A DNA stretch of 64,000 bases, taken from the NCBI GenBank assembly GCA_012862495.1, contig BLSG01000080.1, forward strand, positions 118,673-182,672, read 5' to 3'. The DNA comes from Thraustochytrium aureum (taxonomy: Eukaryota). This document shows, one piece after another, positions 27,428 to 40,506 of this stretch. Numbering within the stretch: position 1 is the first letter of the stretch; each line of letters begins with the position of its first letter. Position numbers and translations under genes: made by a program. The notes under the pieces were generated by a model, which did no database searches, was not told the origin of the DNA, and saw nothing but the letters and a program-made list of their open reading frames with translations.

Positions 27428-27806
27428 CTACGCACGCCCCAAGGCTGGCCCTCGTGGTCGCACTCGCGAATTGCGTTCCGCAACGATTGGCATCAGAAAC
27501 GCACAAGAGCATCGATTCTGGCTTGGAGATTGACCGCAATCGCATTGCCCGTGCCAGGACTGCGCAAGCGGGCGGCTAGCGATGGCCGGTCGATGCCTCT
27601 CGGCCGGGCTGCCTTGTACAGCGATGTGCGCGCAAGTGCAATGGGTGGAGCGTGGCCGGGCGCGCGTTTGCGCGAGTCCGCCTCCCTCGTGCTCTGCAAA
27701 CCGCTGTCGATACGACCATCAGCGGTTCAAAGAAGCAGGAGCAGAGCACAGCAGTTGGTAGCAGAGCACAGCAGAGCAGTTGGTATGTGATACATGTTCG
27801 CTTGGG

Positions 27807-28655
27807 CTAAAAGTAGACCGTTGGCGTGGAAGCGCTGCTGTTCGGCGAAGGCCACGATTCGTACGCTGCAAGGCTAGACTGGCGCGTGGCTTGGGCGGCC
27901 ATGCTCTTGCTTGACTCCTTGCTCTTGAGAGCAATCTGGGCGCGCAAAGCCTCCTTCTGCTGGCGCTCCTGGCGATGCTGCTCGAAGATCCGGCGGTGCT
28001 CGAGCTCCCGCTGCTCGAGCTCGTGCTGGGCGAGCTGGTGCTGGTGGTGAAAAAGTTGGAGCTGATGTTGCTCCGCTTCACTCAGCGGCCGATTTGCCTG
28101 CTCTAGTCCAAGCAGGTGAATGACGTGCTCGTTTGACGCTGGCCCGCCAAATACGCTTGGGAGGCGTGTTTGCGAAAATTGCGAGATCTGGTTTATCGCA
28201 AAGAGGGCCTCTCGCTGCTGGCGCTCCAGCTCCTCCACTACGTTCCGCTCCGCTTCTTGGCGAAGTGCACGCTCAACTTGCATCACGACCGTCCGCAGGC
28301 TTGCCTTGATCTCTTCAGGGGCTTGCGGGGCGTTGCCGGTTGATTCGAGGGCTGCGAGGATCGGCGCGATATTTCCCCCGTGCTCATGCTGATCTCTAGC
28401 AGCGCAACGCGGTCGTCCACCGGAACGCGGTGGACAGCAGGCCGAAAATCTCGTGGGCCACCACCGCATGGGCGGCTTGTGCAAACGCCCCAAACAGCGT
28501 GGCCCCGCCTTGGCCATCGTCCAGGGTCGCTCTCCAGTAGCCCTCTACGAACGCCACCCCTGTGAATCGGCCTTCGTGCACTTGCGCGCCTAGGCTCTTA
28601 ACTAGCTCTCGCGCCTGCTTTGCGCTCAAGGGCGCGTCGGCCTCAAGACCCTGGT
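27807..28655 (-). CDS. Protein with a degenerate AP2-like domain and His/Gln-rich coiled coil (3' part; 5' in gap; frameshift near 28410)
   Basis: GRFTGVAFVEGYWRATL..LFGAF..AAHAVVAHE resembles AP2. It is followed in another frame by a long Q/H/E-rich ORF ending at 27807. Confidence 0.55.
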
Positions 28656-29597
28656 NNNNNNNNNNNNNNNNNNNNNNNNNNNNNNNNNNNNNNNNNNNNN
28701 NNNNNNNNNNNNNNNNNNNNNNNNNNNNNNNNNNNNNNNNNNNNNNNNNNNNNNNNNNNNNNNNNNNNNNNNNNNNNNNNNNNNNNNNNNNNNNNNNNNN
28801 NNNNNNNNNNNNNNNNNNNNNNNNNNNNNNNNNNNNNNNNNNNNNNNNNNNNNNNNNNNNNNNNNNNNNNNNGGCGGCTGCCGCGCTTGCGCCACGCCGT
28901 CAAGTACAAGCACCACATCGTCGTCCTCCTCCTCTCCTGCTGCTGCTGCTGCTGCTGCTCCTTCGCAACGCCGCGATCCTTCTGCCCGCCAGCAGCCTGT
29001 TGCGCAACCANAGGGGGGGCCTGCCGCGGCCTTGGCAGGTTGAGCTCGGGTGTCGCCTCGAGTTGGAGGCACTGGCGGGGGATCCCCAGCGGCGTCCATC
29101 CTGCAGCCTCGGGCGCGTCGCCGCCCGGCGGCCGTCCCCTTTCCAGAGCAAACGGCAAGCGCCACCAGCACCAGCAACACCAGCAGGGCTCGTGGGCGCC
29201 TGGAAACTAGTCGGCAAGTAGAGTATGCCCTGGAGACAACGCAGCACACGGTTTTTGAGCAAGACGCTTGGTTTTTTGAAGTGGCCCTGGCGCGGGGCGC
29301 TGGGACTGCACGCTCTGCGCGGGCTGGCTCGAGCCCTCGCGGGGCCCCGGGTTGCAGCTGGGACGGAAGCTTTGCAGGTCTGCGCTTCGCTTCCTGCTAG
29401 CTGCAGGGCGCCAAGGACGGCGAAAAAGTGAACTTTGCGGCGAGCGGTGGTCGTCTGCAGCGCTGGCCCGCAGTCTGCCAAGCAAAGCCGCGGGCAGGCA
29501 CTGAGCAAGCGAGAAAGCTGCCGCATGCGTTCTTGTTGGTCAAAGAAGGAAAGCCTTTCAATAGGAAGATTGCGCTTTGCCAAGTGAGCGGGCCGGC

Positions 29598-30867
29598 CTA
29601 CTTGAGACGCTGCTCGGCCGCGCGAGCATGGCCCTCGAGGCCCTCGATGCGAGCGAGACGAACGGCGTCTTTGAGCAACTGCTCTTGCTCGGCGCAGCGC
29701 TCGTCGTTGAGGCGCAGCCACGTGCGAACCCGCAAAAAGGTAAACACGGACAAGCCGCCAGTGTAGCGGGCCGACCCGCTGGTTGGCAAGACGTGGTTCG
29801 GGCCGGCGCCATAGTCCCCGATGACCTCTGCCGACTTTTGGCCGACGAAGAGGCCGCCGTAGCTGCTGCAGCGCTTCGCTACCTCGTCGCAGTCTACGGT
29901 CATCACTTCAAGGTGCTCGGGGCCGACCGTGTTGGTCACGTCGAGCGCTTGCTCCAACGAGTCGCACACGACAAAGAAACCCTTGGCCACCGCGACGCTG
30001 GCCACAGGCGCCGTGGGCAAGGTCACGAGCTGCGCAGCAATCTCTGCGTTCACCTTTCCTGGCAGCTCCGCGTCCGTGGTCACAAGGGATGGGAAGCGCG
30101 TCAGTGTCGTGGCTCGGCCTGCGCGAGGAGATCAGCAGCAATCACCGCCGGGTCCGCGGACGAGTCCGCGAGGACCAGGCACTCGCTCGGGCCGGCGAGC
30201 ATGTCGATAGCGCAGCGACCAGAGACAAGCTTCTTGGCGGCGGTAACCCAGCGGTTGCCAGGGCCCACGATGACGTCGCAGCTCGGGACCTTGCCCTCGA
30301 GACCGTAGGCAAAGGCGCCAATGGCATGCGCGCCTCCGCAGGCCAAGAAGCCGTCGGCGCCAGCAATGTACGCGGCGGCCAGCGTGGCGGGCTGTGGGCG
30401 CGGCGAGGCCACCCACACATTGGCAACACCAGCAACCTTGGCAGTGACCGCCGTCATGAGCACCGAAGACGGCAACGGATACCGGCCACCGGGTGCGTAG
30501 CAGCCTGCTGCTGCACAGCTGCAAGAGTCTGTCCCGCGCGCCCGCCCGGAACGGGGTGCTCGATCTCTTGCACGGAAGCGCGCTGCGCCTGCGCAAACTC
30601 TCGGATCCGCTTTGCGGTGCGCTCCAGCACGCCGCGGTCCTCCTCGCTGAGGCCGTCAAAGGCAGCCTTGAGCTCCTCCTTCGGAACGATATACGCCTGC
30701 CCCTCAGTGAGGTCGCCGAGGCGCTTGGCGTTCTCAAGAAACCCTTGCTCGCCCCTCTTTTCCACATCATTGAGGATCGCCCTCGCCTGCTCCAGCGTCA
30801 CATCATCCACGGGGTCGAGCGCGAGCGCAGACACCTCGCCGGCCTTGACCTCGCGCAGCGCCGCCAT
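29598..30867 (-). CDS. hisD: Monofunctional histidinol dehydrogenase (three 1-nt frameshifts near 30513, 30111, 30087)
   Basis: [81 protein letters not shown]. Confidence 0.95.
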
Positions 30868-31554
30868 TTCCGTCACGGAGTCCGTCCACAGGCTGCGAGC
30901 ACCACTTGCGCGGCCACGTCGAGTCGCCTTGCGTTGCCTTGCGTGCCTTGCGTCGCCTTACGTGCCTTGCGTGCCTGCCTGCCTCTCTGCCTGCCTTGTA
31001 GTCTCTTGCGCGAGCCAGGCGCGGAGCAGAGTCTGCAGCCCGTGCGTTCGCGACGACGATGAATCAACCAACGTGAGTCTCTCGAGGCTGCCACTCGCGC
31101 ATCTGGTGGACGCAGGTGAGTCGAACCTCCGAATCAGTCGAGGAACGTTTCTCGTGTTCCGATGTACTGTCCGACCGAGCTGGAGTTCGTGAACAATTCC
31201 AGGTTCGTCGAGATTTCACGGCGGGCTCGCCTTGCTTGTAATTCTCCCATGTCACCAGCCTGCTGCGGGCCAACGCCCTCTGTGCTCCATCCCACGGCGC
31301 ACGACTTCGCCTCAAGTGATTTGCACCCACTGGCGGCCAGCTGCTTGCCTTGCCGGCACGTCCCGGAGCTGGAGCCCAGCTCGCGGACCTGCCCTCCCTC
31401 CCATTTGTTTGTCACGACGCTGGTGACATCGGGCCTCTTTCGAGTGCAGCAGACCGCAAGTTGGGACGGCGAGCACGAGCTGGCCTGGCCGTCTTGGCTT
31501 TTGGCCTTGGTGGCACTGGCAGAGCGGCCGTCGAGGTCGAACGCGGCGCTGCTC

Positions 31555-32637
31555 ATGATGGCCAGGACTGTGGCTGGAGCAGTCGCCGGGCGCACGAGAG
31601 CGGCAAGGCGACTCGCCCCCGCGCAGAGCCTCACCACTGGGCAGAGCAGCTTCGCCACCGGGGCAAGGGCTGGGCGCGGAGGCAGGTCGAAGCGCGCGCG
31701 GAGCGAAGCGCACGGAGCCGAGCATGTCCCAGCGGAACTTGCACCGACGAAAGGAGCACGGAAGAAGGTTGCCACTGCTGTCAAAGTGGAAGCCCCAGCA
31801 GCGAGCGACGGGGCGCGCCGCGAAGCCGCGCCAGCCGGAAAGAAGAAACCAAAAAGCAAGTACTTTGCTGGGGTAGTGCCTCCGACGGACTGGCGAGACA
31901 CACTTGCGCTCATGCGGGAAATTCGCGCCGAGCGCAACGCCCCCGTTGACTCGATGGGGGCGGAAGAGCTCGGGCTGAAAGAGGGCGGCCACTTTGCGTT
32001 TCACACGCTCGTGGCGCTCATGCTGTCGAGCCAGACCAAAGATCAAACTGTCGCAGAGGCGATGCGCAACCTGCACGCAAGTACCTTGACTATCGAAAAT
32101 ATCTCGGCGATGGACCCAGATGAGCTGAACGGCCTCATCGGAAAAGTCGGGTTCCACAACCGCAAGACAGAATACATCAAGAAAGCAGTCGAGATCATAA
32201 AGACGCAGCACAACGGCAAAGTCCCCGACTCGTTTGAAGGGCTGGTCGCGCTGCCGGGTGTTGGCCCCAAAATGGCCTACCTTGTCCTCAACATCGCATT
32301 TGGCAAGGCTGACGAGGGCATAGGCGTTGATACACACATGCATCGGATTTGCGCACAGCTCCAGTGGACGCAGGAGGCCCGTCACGCCGAGGACACGCGG
32401 CTGCAGCTCCAGAGTTGGCTTCCCCGGGAGGAGTGGGCTTCAATCAACCTCACACTTGTCGGGCTCGGCCAAATGATCCAGCAGCCCACCTACCGTGCCA
32501 GGATGATCGAGTTTGTGCATTCGTGGCCAGACGCGGGCAAACGCAAGAGCGCCTTTTCCCGCTCGCGCGGCTCGGTGTCGCCAGTTCTTCTCTGCCGACG
32601 GTGGACCCGGATGCTGAAGCTTGCCGCTGCCAGTCGC
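31555..32637 (+). CDS. NTH1: Endonuclease III homolog (HhH-GPD DNA glycosylase); 3' end uncertain
   Basis: APVDSMG, LMLSSQTKD, VGFHNRK, HhH LPGVGPKMA with catalytic Lys, IGVDTHMHRI with catalytic Asp, LQSWLPREEW..IN..LVGLGQ. Confidence 0.93.
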
Positions 32638-33428
32638 NNNNNNNNNNNNNNNNNNNNNNNNNNNNNNNNNNNNNNNNNNNNNNNNNNNNNNNNNNNNNNN
32701 NNNNNNNNNNNNNNNNNNNNNNNNNNNNNNNNNNNNNNNNNNNNNNNNNNNNNNNNNNNNNNNNNNNNNNNNNNNNNNNNNNNNNNNNNNNNNNNNNNNN
32801 NNNNNNNNNNNNNNNNNNNNNNNNNNNNNNNNNNNNNNNNNNNNNNNNNNNNNNNNNNNNNNNNNNNNNNNNNNNNNNNNNNNNNNNNNNNNNNNNNNNN
32901 NNNNNNNNNNNNNNNNNNNNNNNNNNNNNNNNNNNNNNNNNNNNNNNNNNNNNNNNNNNNNNNNNNNNNNNNNNNNNNNNNNNNNNNNNNNNNNNNNNNN
33001 NNNNNNNNNNNNNNNNNNNNNNNNNNNNNNNNNNNNNNNNNNNNNNNNNNNNNNNNNNNNNNNNNNNNNNNNNNNNNNNNNNNNNNNNNNNNNNNNNNNN
33101 NNNNNNNNNNNNNNNNNNNNNNNNNNNNNNNNNNNNNNNNNNNNNNNNNNNNNNNNNNNNNNNNNNNNNNNNNNNNNNNNNNNNNNNNNNNNNNNNNNNN
33201 NNNNNNNNNNNNNNNNNNNNNNNNNNNNNNNNNNNNNNNNNNNNNNNNNNNNNNNNNNNNNNNNNNNNNNNNNNNNNNNNNNNNNNNNNNNNNNNNNNNN
33301 NNNNNNNNNNNNNNNNNNNNNNNNNNNNNNNNNNNNNNNNNNNNNNNNNNNNNNNNNNNNNNNNNNNNNNNNNNNNNNNNNNNNNNNNNNNNNNNNNNNN
33401 NNNNNNNNNNNNNNNNNNNNNNNNNNNN

Positions 33429-35176
33429 CTTTGATGCCGACGAAAGGTCTCCTGCAATCCGACCCCTCGACTGTCGGGACCGTGGAGATCTCGGTGGCGA
33501 CGCTGGCAGGTTGGGGCAGCTCCTCTACCGGTGCTGAGGCACCCAAAGACGAGGCGGCTGAGCAAGCCGACGCGGCACCCCCTAAGGAGGCTGGCGCTGC
33601 TGCACAGTGCGAGGCGACTGCGAGCGGCGGGGCCTTCCCGGTCGCTCGCGTGACGATGGACCTACAAGGCACGGGACAGAGTGGAAACACCCAAATCACA
33701 GTCTCGTTGCGGCTCCTGCAGCCAACGCCGCAGCGCCGCCGCCGAAAGCGCGTGTTTTTCGTGCGGCACGGCGAGAGCCGCTGGAACGCTGCGCAAGCGA
33801 AGAGAGACGTTTTGGCGATGCTCGGATCACGCGACCACCCGCTGAACGCAACGGGGATTGAGCAAGCGACGCACTTCAACAAGCGGTGGACTCTGATTCG
33901 GGACGTGCTTGCGGCCCGGCTGGAGGACGAGCAGGACCCGTGCAACCAGACGCTGCCAGGGCCGCTCGGCGCGCAGGGCGGGCTAGGGCGCCTGGAGTCT
34001 GTCAGCGAGGGCGACCGCGACGCGTTCGAAACAGCATTCTTTCTAGCGGAAGAGATCTTGGTCAGCCCGCTGAGCAGAGCGCTGCAAACGGCGATGCTCG
34101 CGCTTGAAGGGCACGCAGGCATGAAAAAGCGTGGTCTCAAGCTCTATTCCAGCGTCCGCGAGGTCCAAAACTTGCTCGGCAAGGACTCGCAAGGCCAAGT
34201 TTTCGGCTCACAGAGCGTTGCTCGGGCCAGACAGCTGCTCGAGGCCGAGCTGGGCCGCGAAGAGACCGAGCGGATCATGTCCAGCTGCGCTGTCGTGGAC
34301 CCTTTCGACACCGAGTCGACGTGGTGGACAAACTCGAAAGAGTCCAAGGCAAGCGTGATAGAGCGGATGGAGGAGCTCATCAACTTGATCCACTTTAGCG
34401 AGGCGGAGACCTTTGTCGTCGTCGGGCACTCGCTTTTCTTCCGCCAGCTCTTCCAGAACCTCCCCGTCGACATCAATCCCGAAGGGTACACTGCGCAAGA
34501 ATATCTGGGTCGGGTCGGGATCATCGAACAGCTGCGGCAGAACAAGATCGAGAACTGCGGATGCGTTGGCGTCGAGCTCGACTTTTCTTCGCGGCTGTTC
34601 CCGCACATGCGCAAACTTGAGAGCCTCACCAAGCTCTTGCCCGCAGAAGACCACTTGCCGCTGCTCCTCGAAGCGCCGGAGCGCCGAGCTTCTCTCGGCT
34701 CTGCGATCGTTGCGGCAGCTCGCGCCGCGGCCAGGGCGACCCCGCGGCTGCCGCTCTCGCCTCGACAGTCGAAAGTCGATGAGGCAGAAACCACGCCCCG
34801 CGCAGATCAGGCGGACCAGTTGCGCACCTTGCACATTGGCGCGATCGGTAGCCGCCACAGCAGCAGTGGCAGTATAGCGAATGCCGCAGCGCGGCGTGGC
34901 AGCGACGCTTCTGAGGGCGAGCGCCAAACCTCGGAACGGCGCCCCTCGCTTCTGGACCAAGCCGGCGAGATCGTGAACGATGGTCAGACGAGCCCAGACG
35001 CTCGGCCCACCTCGCCCCGCGTGGAGCACTCTATTGAAGGGTACCGCAGCCCGATACTGTTGGGCGTCAACATCGTCGATGTCAAGATGATGTTTGGATC
35101 GGGGTTCTCCAACGCCTCGGACGACAGCTTGAACCCCAACTCTTCGCTGCCGCAGCACGTGGACCGGACGCGGTGA
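33429..35176 (+). CDS. Histidine phosphatase (PGAM superfamily) protein; 5' end in gap
   Basis: VFFVRHGESRWN, DHPLNATGIEQA, VSPLSRALQTA, VVGHSLFF. Confidence 0.85.
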
Positions 35177-36226
35177 GATCCAAACGTTGCGAGTGGTGTG
35201 GGTCGCGCTACGCATACGCAACTTGCGTGGGTCGAGCTTGAACGAGCGAGCTCTCACGCCCTCGCGTCAAAATCGAGGCCAGAGGTGGCTGGGGCAACGT
35301 CTGGTTTTCGTCTTCGTCTGCTTCTCCAAGAGGTGGCTTGGGGCGATTCGCGGGTGGTCCGTCGTGGACGCTTCGTGCCTTGCCGAAGCCTGCCAATTCT
35401 CTCAGATTTGTTTGGAAGTTTATGATTTGTTGTGATTGCGTACCTACATAATCGGTCTCTCGTGCGGCTGCTCCGGGACCGGCTGGCCTCAGCGCGCAGC
35501 TCCGGCCGCGCCATTACACCGCGCGCTGTCCGCTGCCCGCATGCGCTCTGGCCGACCCGACACCCGCCAAAACCAGGCAGGCTGCGTCACGCCCCGCCCT
35601 CGGGCATGCGCGCGGCAACCATGTTTCGCGCCGCGGCGCATGCGGTCGCACAGGAGTGGAGCGAGTACTTCCAGGGGCCTCGGGCGGGGCCGTGGTGGTA
35701 CCACGCGGTAGCCACTCGAGCTCTCACGAGATCAGTGAGTGAGTACTTGCCGCCGGATCGCGTGAACGCTCTCGCTCCTGCTGGCCATCATCGACGACTG
35801 GCGTGTCGATGCCCCGCTCGCTCGGCGGCAACCACGTCCCAAGGCCTTCGCGCCACACACCCCCCTGCGCAGCGGGTTCGGGGCCCCACTCGCTCTTTCC
35901 ACGAAGGCAGAAACGGGCAGTATTCCCGAGCAACGGCAAAACAGGCAGAGCGCGTTCTTAATGCTCCGATCGTGGCGTTTCCGGGGGCCAGGTGCGGGCG
36001 GAGAGGAGGGGGCAGTCGGGGAGTCAGCGGGGCACGACGCGCAGGAGGCTTCGATGGCAGCTGGCGGCGAGCAGAGCGCGAGCAGAGCGCGAGCAGGCGC
36101 AGCGAGCAGCAGAGCGACGGCAGACAGCAGACACCGACCGGTCGGCTGCAAGCGCTGCGACTGGCTGGGGGANCGGCGAGCGACCTGGCCGCTCGTTGGC
36201 GCGGGGCTGAAAGAGGCGAGACAGGC

Positions 36227-38103
36227 ATGTTCAGACGCAAGCCGGTGGCGCTCGGCGCCGCGCTGGGCCTGAGCGCGCNNNNNNNNNNNNNNNNNNNNNN
36301 NNNNNNNNNNNNNNNNNNNNNNNNNNNNNNNNNNNNNNNNNNNNNNNNNNNNNNNNNNNNNNNNNNNNNNNNNNNNNNNNNNNNNNNNNNNNNNNNNNNN
36401 NNNNNNNNNNNNNNNNNNNNNNNNNNNNNNNNNNNNNNNNNNNNNNNNNNNNNNNNNNNNNNNNNNNNNNNNNNNNNNNNNNNNNNNNNNNNNNNNNNNN
36501 NNNNNNNNNNNNNNNNNNNNNNNNNNNNNNNNNNNNNNNNNNNNNNNNNNNNNNNNNNNNNNNNNNNNNNNNNNNNNNNNNNNNNNNNNNNNNNNNNNNN
36601 TTCAAGAACTTGGACATCGGCCAGTACAGGCTGGTGCAGGAGGCGCTGGCGGAGCGGTCGCACATGCTCCGCGCCGCGCCGTACAACGCCAAGCCGGCCC
36701 CGATCATGGTGCCCATCGAGCGCTGGTGGACCATTCCCTACTACTATGCAGGCACCAAGGTGTACGACGCCGTGGCCGGCAGCGCGATCGGAGTCCCACA
36801 CAGCATGTTTCTCGGCAAGGAGCAGGCCTTGTACAACTTTCCGATGCTCAACGCCGACAAGCTCTCCGGCGCAATCGTCTACTACGACGGCCAGATGAAC
36901 GACACGCGGTACTCGCTGCTGGTGATGCTGACGGCGACGCAGGCTGGGGCGGCCGTCGCGAATCACGTCAACGTCGACCAGCTCGTCAAGGACGACGCAG
37001 GCAGTGTCGTCGGCACGCGCGTCACTGACCGTGTCACTGGCGAGCAGTTCACCATCCGCGCCAAGTCCGTGATCAACGCCACGGGCCCTTTCTCTGACGC
37101 CGTTCGCCGTATGGCCAAGGCGGACGACGGCAAGGACACGGGCAGCGAGAACGAGGACGAGAACATTGTGGTCCCGGCGGGCGGCATCCACCTCGTCCTC
37201 CCCGACCACTTCAGCCCGGCTCAAATGGGCCTGATCGTGCCCAACACGTCCGACGGGCGAGTTCTCTTCTTCCTGCCGTGGGAGGGCGGCACCCTGTGCG
37301 GGACCACCGACTCTGCGACGCCCATCACGATGTTGCCGCGGCCGAGCACGGAGGAGGTCGACTTTGTGCTGCGCGAGAGCGGGCGCTACCTGAACCGGCG
37401 CATTAGCCGGGAAGACGTGCGCGCGGCCTGGTCGGGGATCCGGCCCCTCGTCAAGGACATCCACGGCAAGGACACCAAGGCGATCTCGCGCGAGCACGTC
37501 GTGGAAGTTGGCCCAGGCGGCATGGTCTCGATCCTCGGCGGCAAGTGGACCACCTACCGCAAGATGGCTGAGGACGCCGTCGACAAGCTGCTCGAGGTCA
37601 AGCCGCAGCTGCAGTCTCGGAGCGGGCCCTGCGTCACCGCCGGGATGAAGCTCATCGGGGCTGACCGCGCCGGCATTGTTTGCGATGGAAAATTCGACAT
37701 CATCACCATCACGCTGCGCGAGGACTATGGCTTTGACAGAGACATCGCCGAGCACCTCACCCGCAACTATGGAACCCGCGCGCTGCAGGTCGCCGAAGTC
37801 ATTCGCCAGGGATACCCCACGCGCCCGCGCGACCTGCACCCCAAGCGCCTCGTTGCCAAGCACCCGTTCCTCGAAGCCGAGGTCGTCTTTGCCGTCCAGC
37901 ACGAATATGCGCTCACCGCGGTCGACGTGCTGGCTCGCCGGACGCGCCTGGCTTTTGTGGACTACAGCGCCGCTCTCGAAGCGCTGCCGCTCGTCGTCAA
38001 CCTCATGGGCACGCTCTTGAACTGGTCGCGGGCGAAGAAGGCGCAGGAGATGGCGGACGCGAAGGCCTTCCTGGACACTATGAAGTGCCCGGAGCTCGCT
38101 TGA
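36227..38103 (+). CDS. GPD2: Mitochondrial FAD-dependent glycerol-3-phosphate dehydrogenase (gap in 5' part)
   Basis: LVQEALAER, YYDGQMNDTR, VINATGPFSD, TSDGRVLFFLPW, AAWSGIRPLV, GGKWTTYRKMAED, DVLARRTRLAF. Basic targeting-like start MFRRKPVALG. Confidence 0.95.
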
Positions 38104-38104
38104 G

Positions 38105-38288
38105 AGTAGCCTTGATAAAAGCCAGTAGCCTTGATAAAAGCCAAGCAAGCATCATGGACTCGAAAAATGTGCAGCAGCTCTGCTCGCTCCACAAGCCGCG
38201 AGCAGAAGAGAACGAACAGGCCAGCCGAAGAGCCGCGAGCAGAAGAGAACGAACAGACCAGCCGAAGAGCCGCGAGCAGAAGAGAACG
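38105..38288 (+). repeat. Short tandem repeats downstream of GPD2 (19-bp x2; about 37-bp x2.5)
   Basis: agtagccttgataaaagcc twice, then agccgcgagcagaagagaacg three times. Confidence 0.8.
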
Positions 38289-40506
38289 TCCGTCGACGAT
38301 CACACGCGGATCCGCCTTGCCGAAGCAGCGACGAGAGCCAGCCAGTCGCCAGTTTTTTTATAAATGCCAGCGCGCCGCAGCCGCCAAGGAGGGCCAGGAG
38401 CTGTTGAAGCAGCCGCCGTTGGGCAGGCTTTGCTGCCTTCCAAAATCTTGGTCGATCCAGTTGGCAGTTGGACGCGAGCCACCGGTCCATCGGACTGGTC
38501 TGGCTTCTTCGCGAGCAATCAGCAAGTTGATGATTTGTGTGGTATGTGTGAGCAAGGTGTGAGGTAGATTGGTCGGGCGGGAGCCAGCGTGTCTCAGCGT
38601 TCCAAGCTTCGCTGCACCAGATTGCCACTGCATGCTGCATGTGAGAAAATGTGAGAAAGCGAGCAGATTCAGTAGACTCGGAGTCAGACTTGTACTTCCC
38701 CAAGGTGTGTGTGTCTTCCACAAACGCAAGGTGTGCGAATTTCATCTCACAGAAATCTGTACCAGTTCGAGCAAAGTCTTGGAGAGGCTGAACTTCGCGA
38801 GGGTATGGCTGGGAGGTATTCAGGCACCGCGAGGCAGGCGTCATGGCGCACGGCACGTGATCTGACGATTCTGAACTGAACTGGCGCTGGGAGCGAATTC
38901 TCGCGGGAAGCGAAAGACTGCAGCGGCCCATATACATTCCCCGAATCACCGATATGCCGTTCCCTGCCAGCCTGCCGGTGGACACAACCTATGTGGCTTG
39001 ACTCGCGCGTGCGCATGAAAAAACCTAGAAAGGTCGCAAAATACTGTTTCATGATGGGTAGTCCATTTGCGCTTGACTTGGGTGGGTTGTTTCTCTGCGC
39101 GACGCTGAAAGAAAAGGATGGAGGTGCGACCTCAAAGCAAAGTGAAAGAAAAGGTGAAAGAAACAACACTACTCTACCCAACCTATGTCAGGCAGCACCG
39201 ACAAGGACGTCCGTTTTTCGAGTCCACTCCAGAAAAGGCCCATCCCCACGACCCCACGTGACTCACATGCAGAGAACCCACTCACCACTCACTGCTCAAC
39301 TCAGCACTTGCTAGATGAAATGGATCATGAGGATTGCAAGCTCAGGCTGGAGCACTCCTGCATGTCTTTGTGAATCATCATACCAACCCACGAGAGCCCA
39401 GTGCCGCTGGCAGACCGCAAACGCAGACTCAAACCAGCAGCAGACTGCAGGCAGCAGAGGACTAAAGCTGCAAGACACCAGCACCGCCGAGCCGAGCCGA
39501 GCCATCCGAACGCGCGAGTGTCCAGACCAAGATGAAGTGGGCCGCTCTTCAACTGTGGCCCTTGTGGCCGCTGGCGTGTCAGGCAGCGCCGACGCGCTTG
39601 ATCCCGCGCAAGCCATTTTGCTGCACGCGCGCGAGTTGATCGCGAGTCGCGCCGAACGCGGTCTGGAAGACGACGGCCCCCCTGGGTCTATCGATGAAGA
39701 GNNNNNNNNNNNNNNNNNNNNNNNNNNNNNNNNNNNNNNNNNNNNNNNNNNNNNNNNNNNNNNNNNNNNNNNNNNNNNNNNNNNNNNNNNNNNNNNNNNN
39801 NNNNNNNNNNNNNNNNNNNNNNNNNNNNNNNNNNNNNNNNNNNNNNNNNNNNNNNNNNNNNNNNNNNNNNNNNNNNNNNNNNNNNNNNNNNNNNNNNNNN
39901 NNNNNNNNNNNNNNNNNNNNNNNNNNNNNNNNNNNNNNNNNNNNNNNNNNNNNNNNNNNNNNNNNNNNNNNNNNNNNNNNNNNNNNNNNNNNNNNNNNNN
40001 NNNNNNNNNNNNNNNNNNNNNNNNNNNNNNNNNNNNNNNNNNNNNNNNNNNNNNNNNNNNNNNNNNNNNNNNNNNNNNNNNNNNNNNNNNNNNNNNNNNN
40101 NNNNNNNNNNNNNNNNNNNNNNNNNNNNNNNNNNNNNNNNNNNNNNNNNNNNNNNNNNNNNNNNNNNNNNNNNNNNNNNNNNNNNNNNNNNNNNNNNNNN
40201 NNNNNNNNNNNNNNNNNNNNNNNNNNNNNNNNNNNNNNNNNNNNNNNNNNNNNNNNNNNNNNNNNNNNNNNNNNNNNNNNNNNNNNNNNNNNNNNNNNNN
40301 NNNNNNNNNNNNNNNNNNNNNNNNNNNNNNNNNNNNNNNNNNNNNNNNNNNNNNNNNNNNNNNNNNNNNNNNNNNNNNNNNNNNNNNNNNNNNNNNNNNN
40401 NNNNNNNNNNNNNNNNNNNNNNNNNNNNNNNNNNNNNNNNNNNNNNNNNNNNNNNNNNNNNNNNNNNNNNNNNNNNNNNNNNNNNNNNNNNNNNNNNNNN
40501 NNNNNN

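Noticed and set aside
29598..30867. hisD as a pseudogene or bacterial contaminant
   Set aside because: All catalytic motifs are intact, the breaks are 1-nt homopolymer-type indels, composition matches the neighbours, and the flanks are eukaryotic genes.
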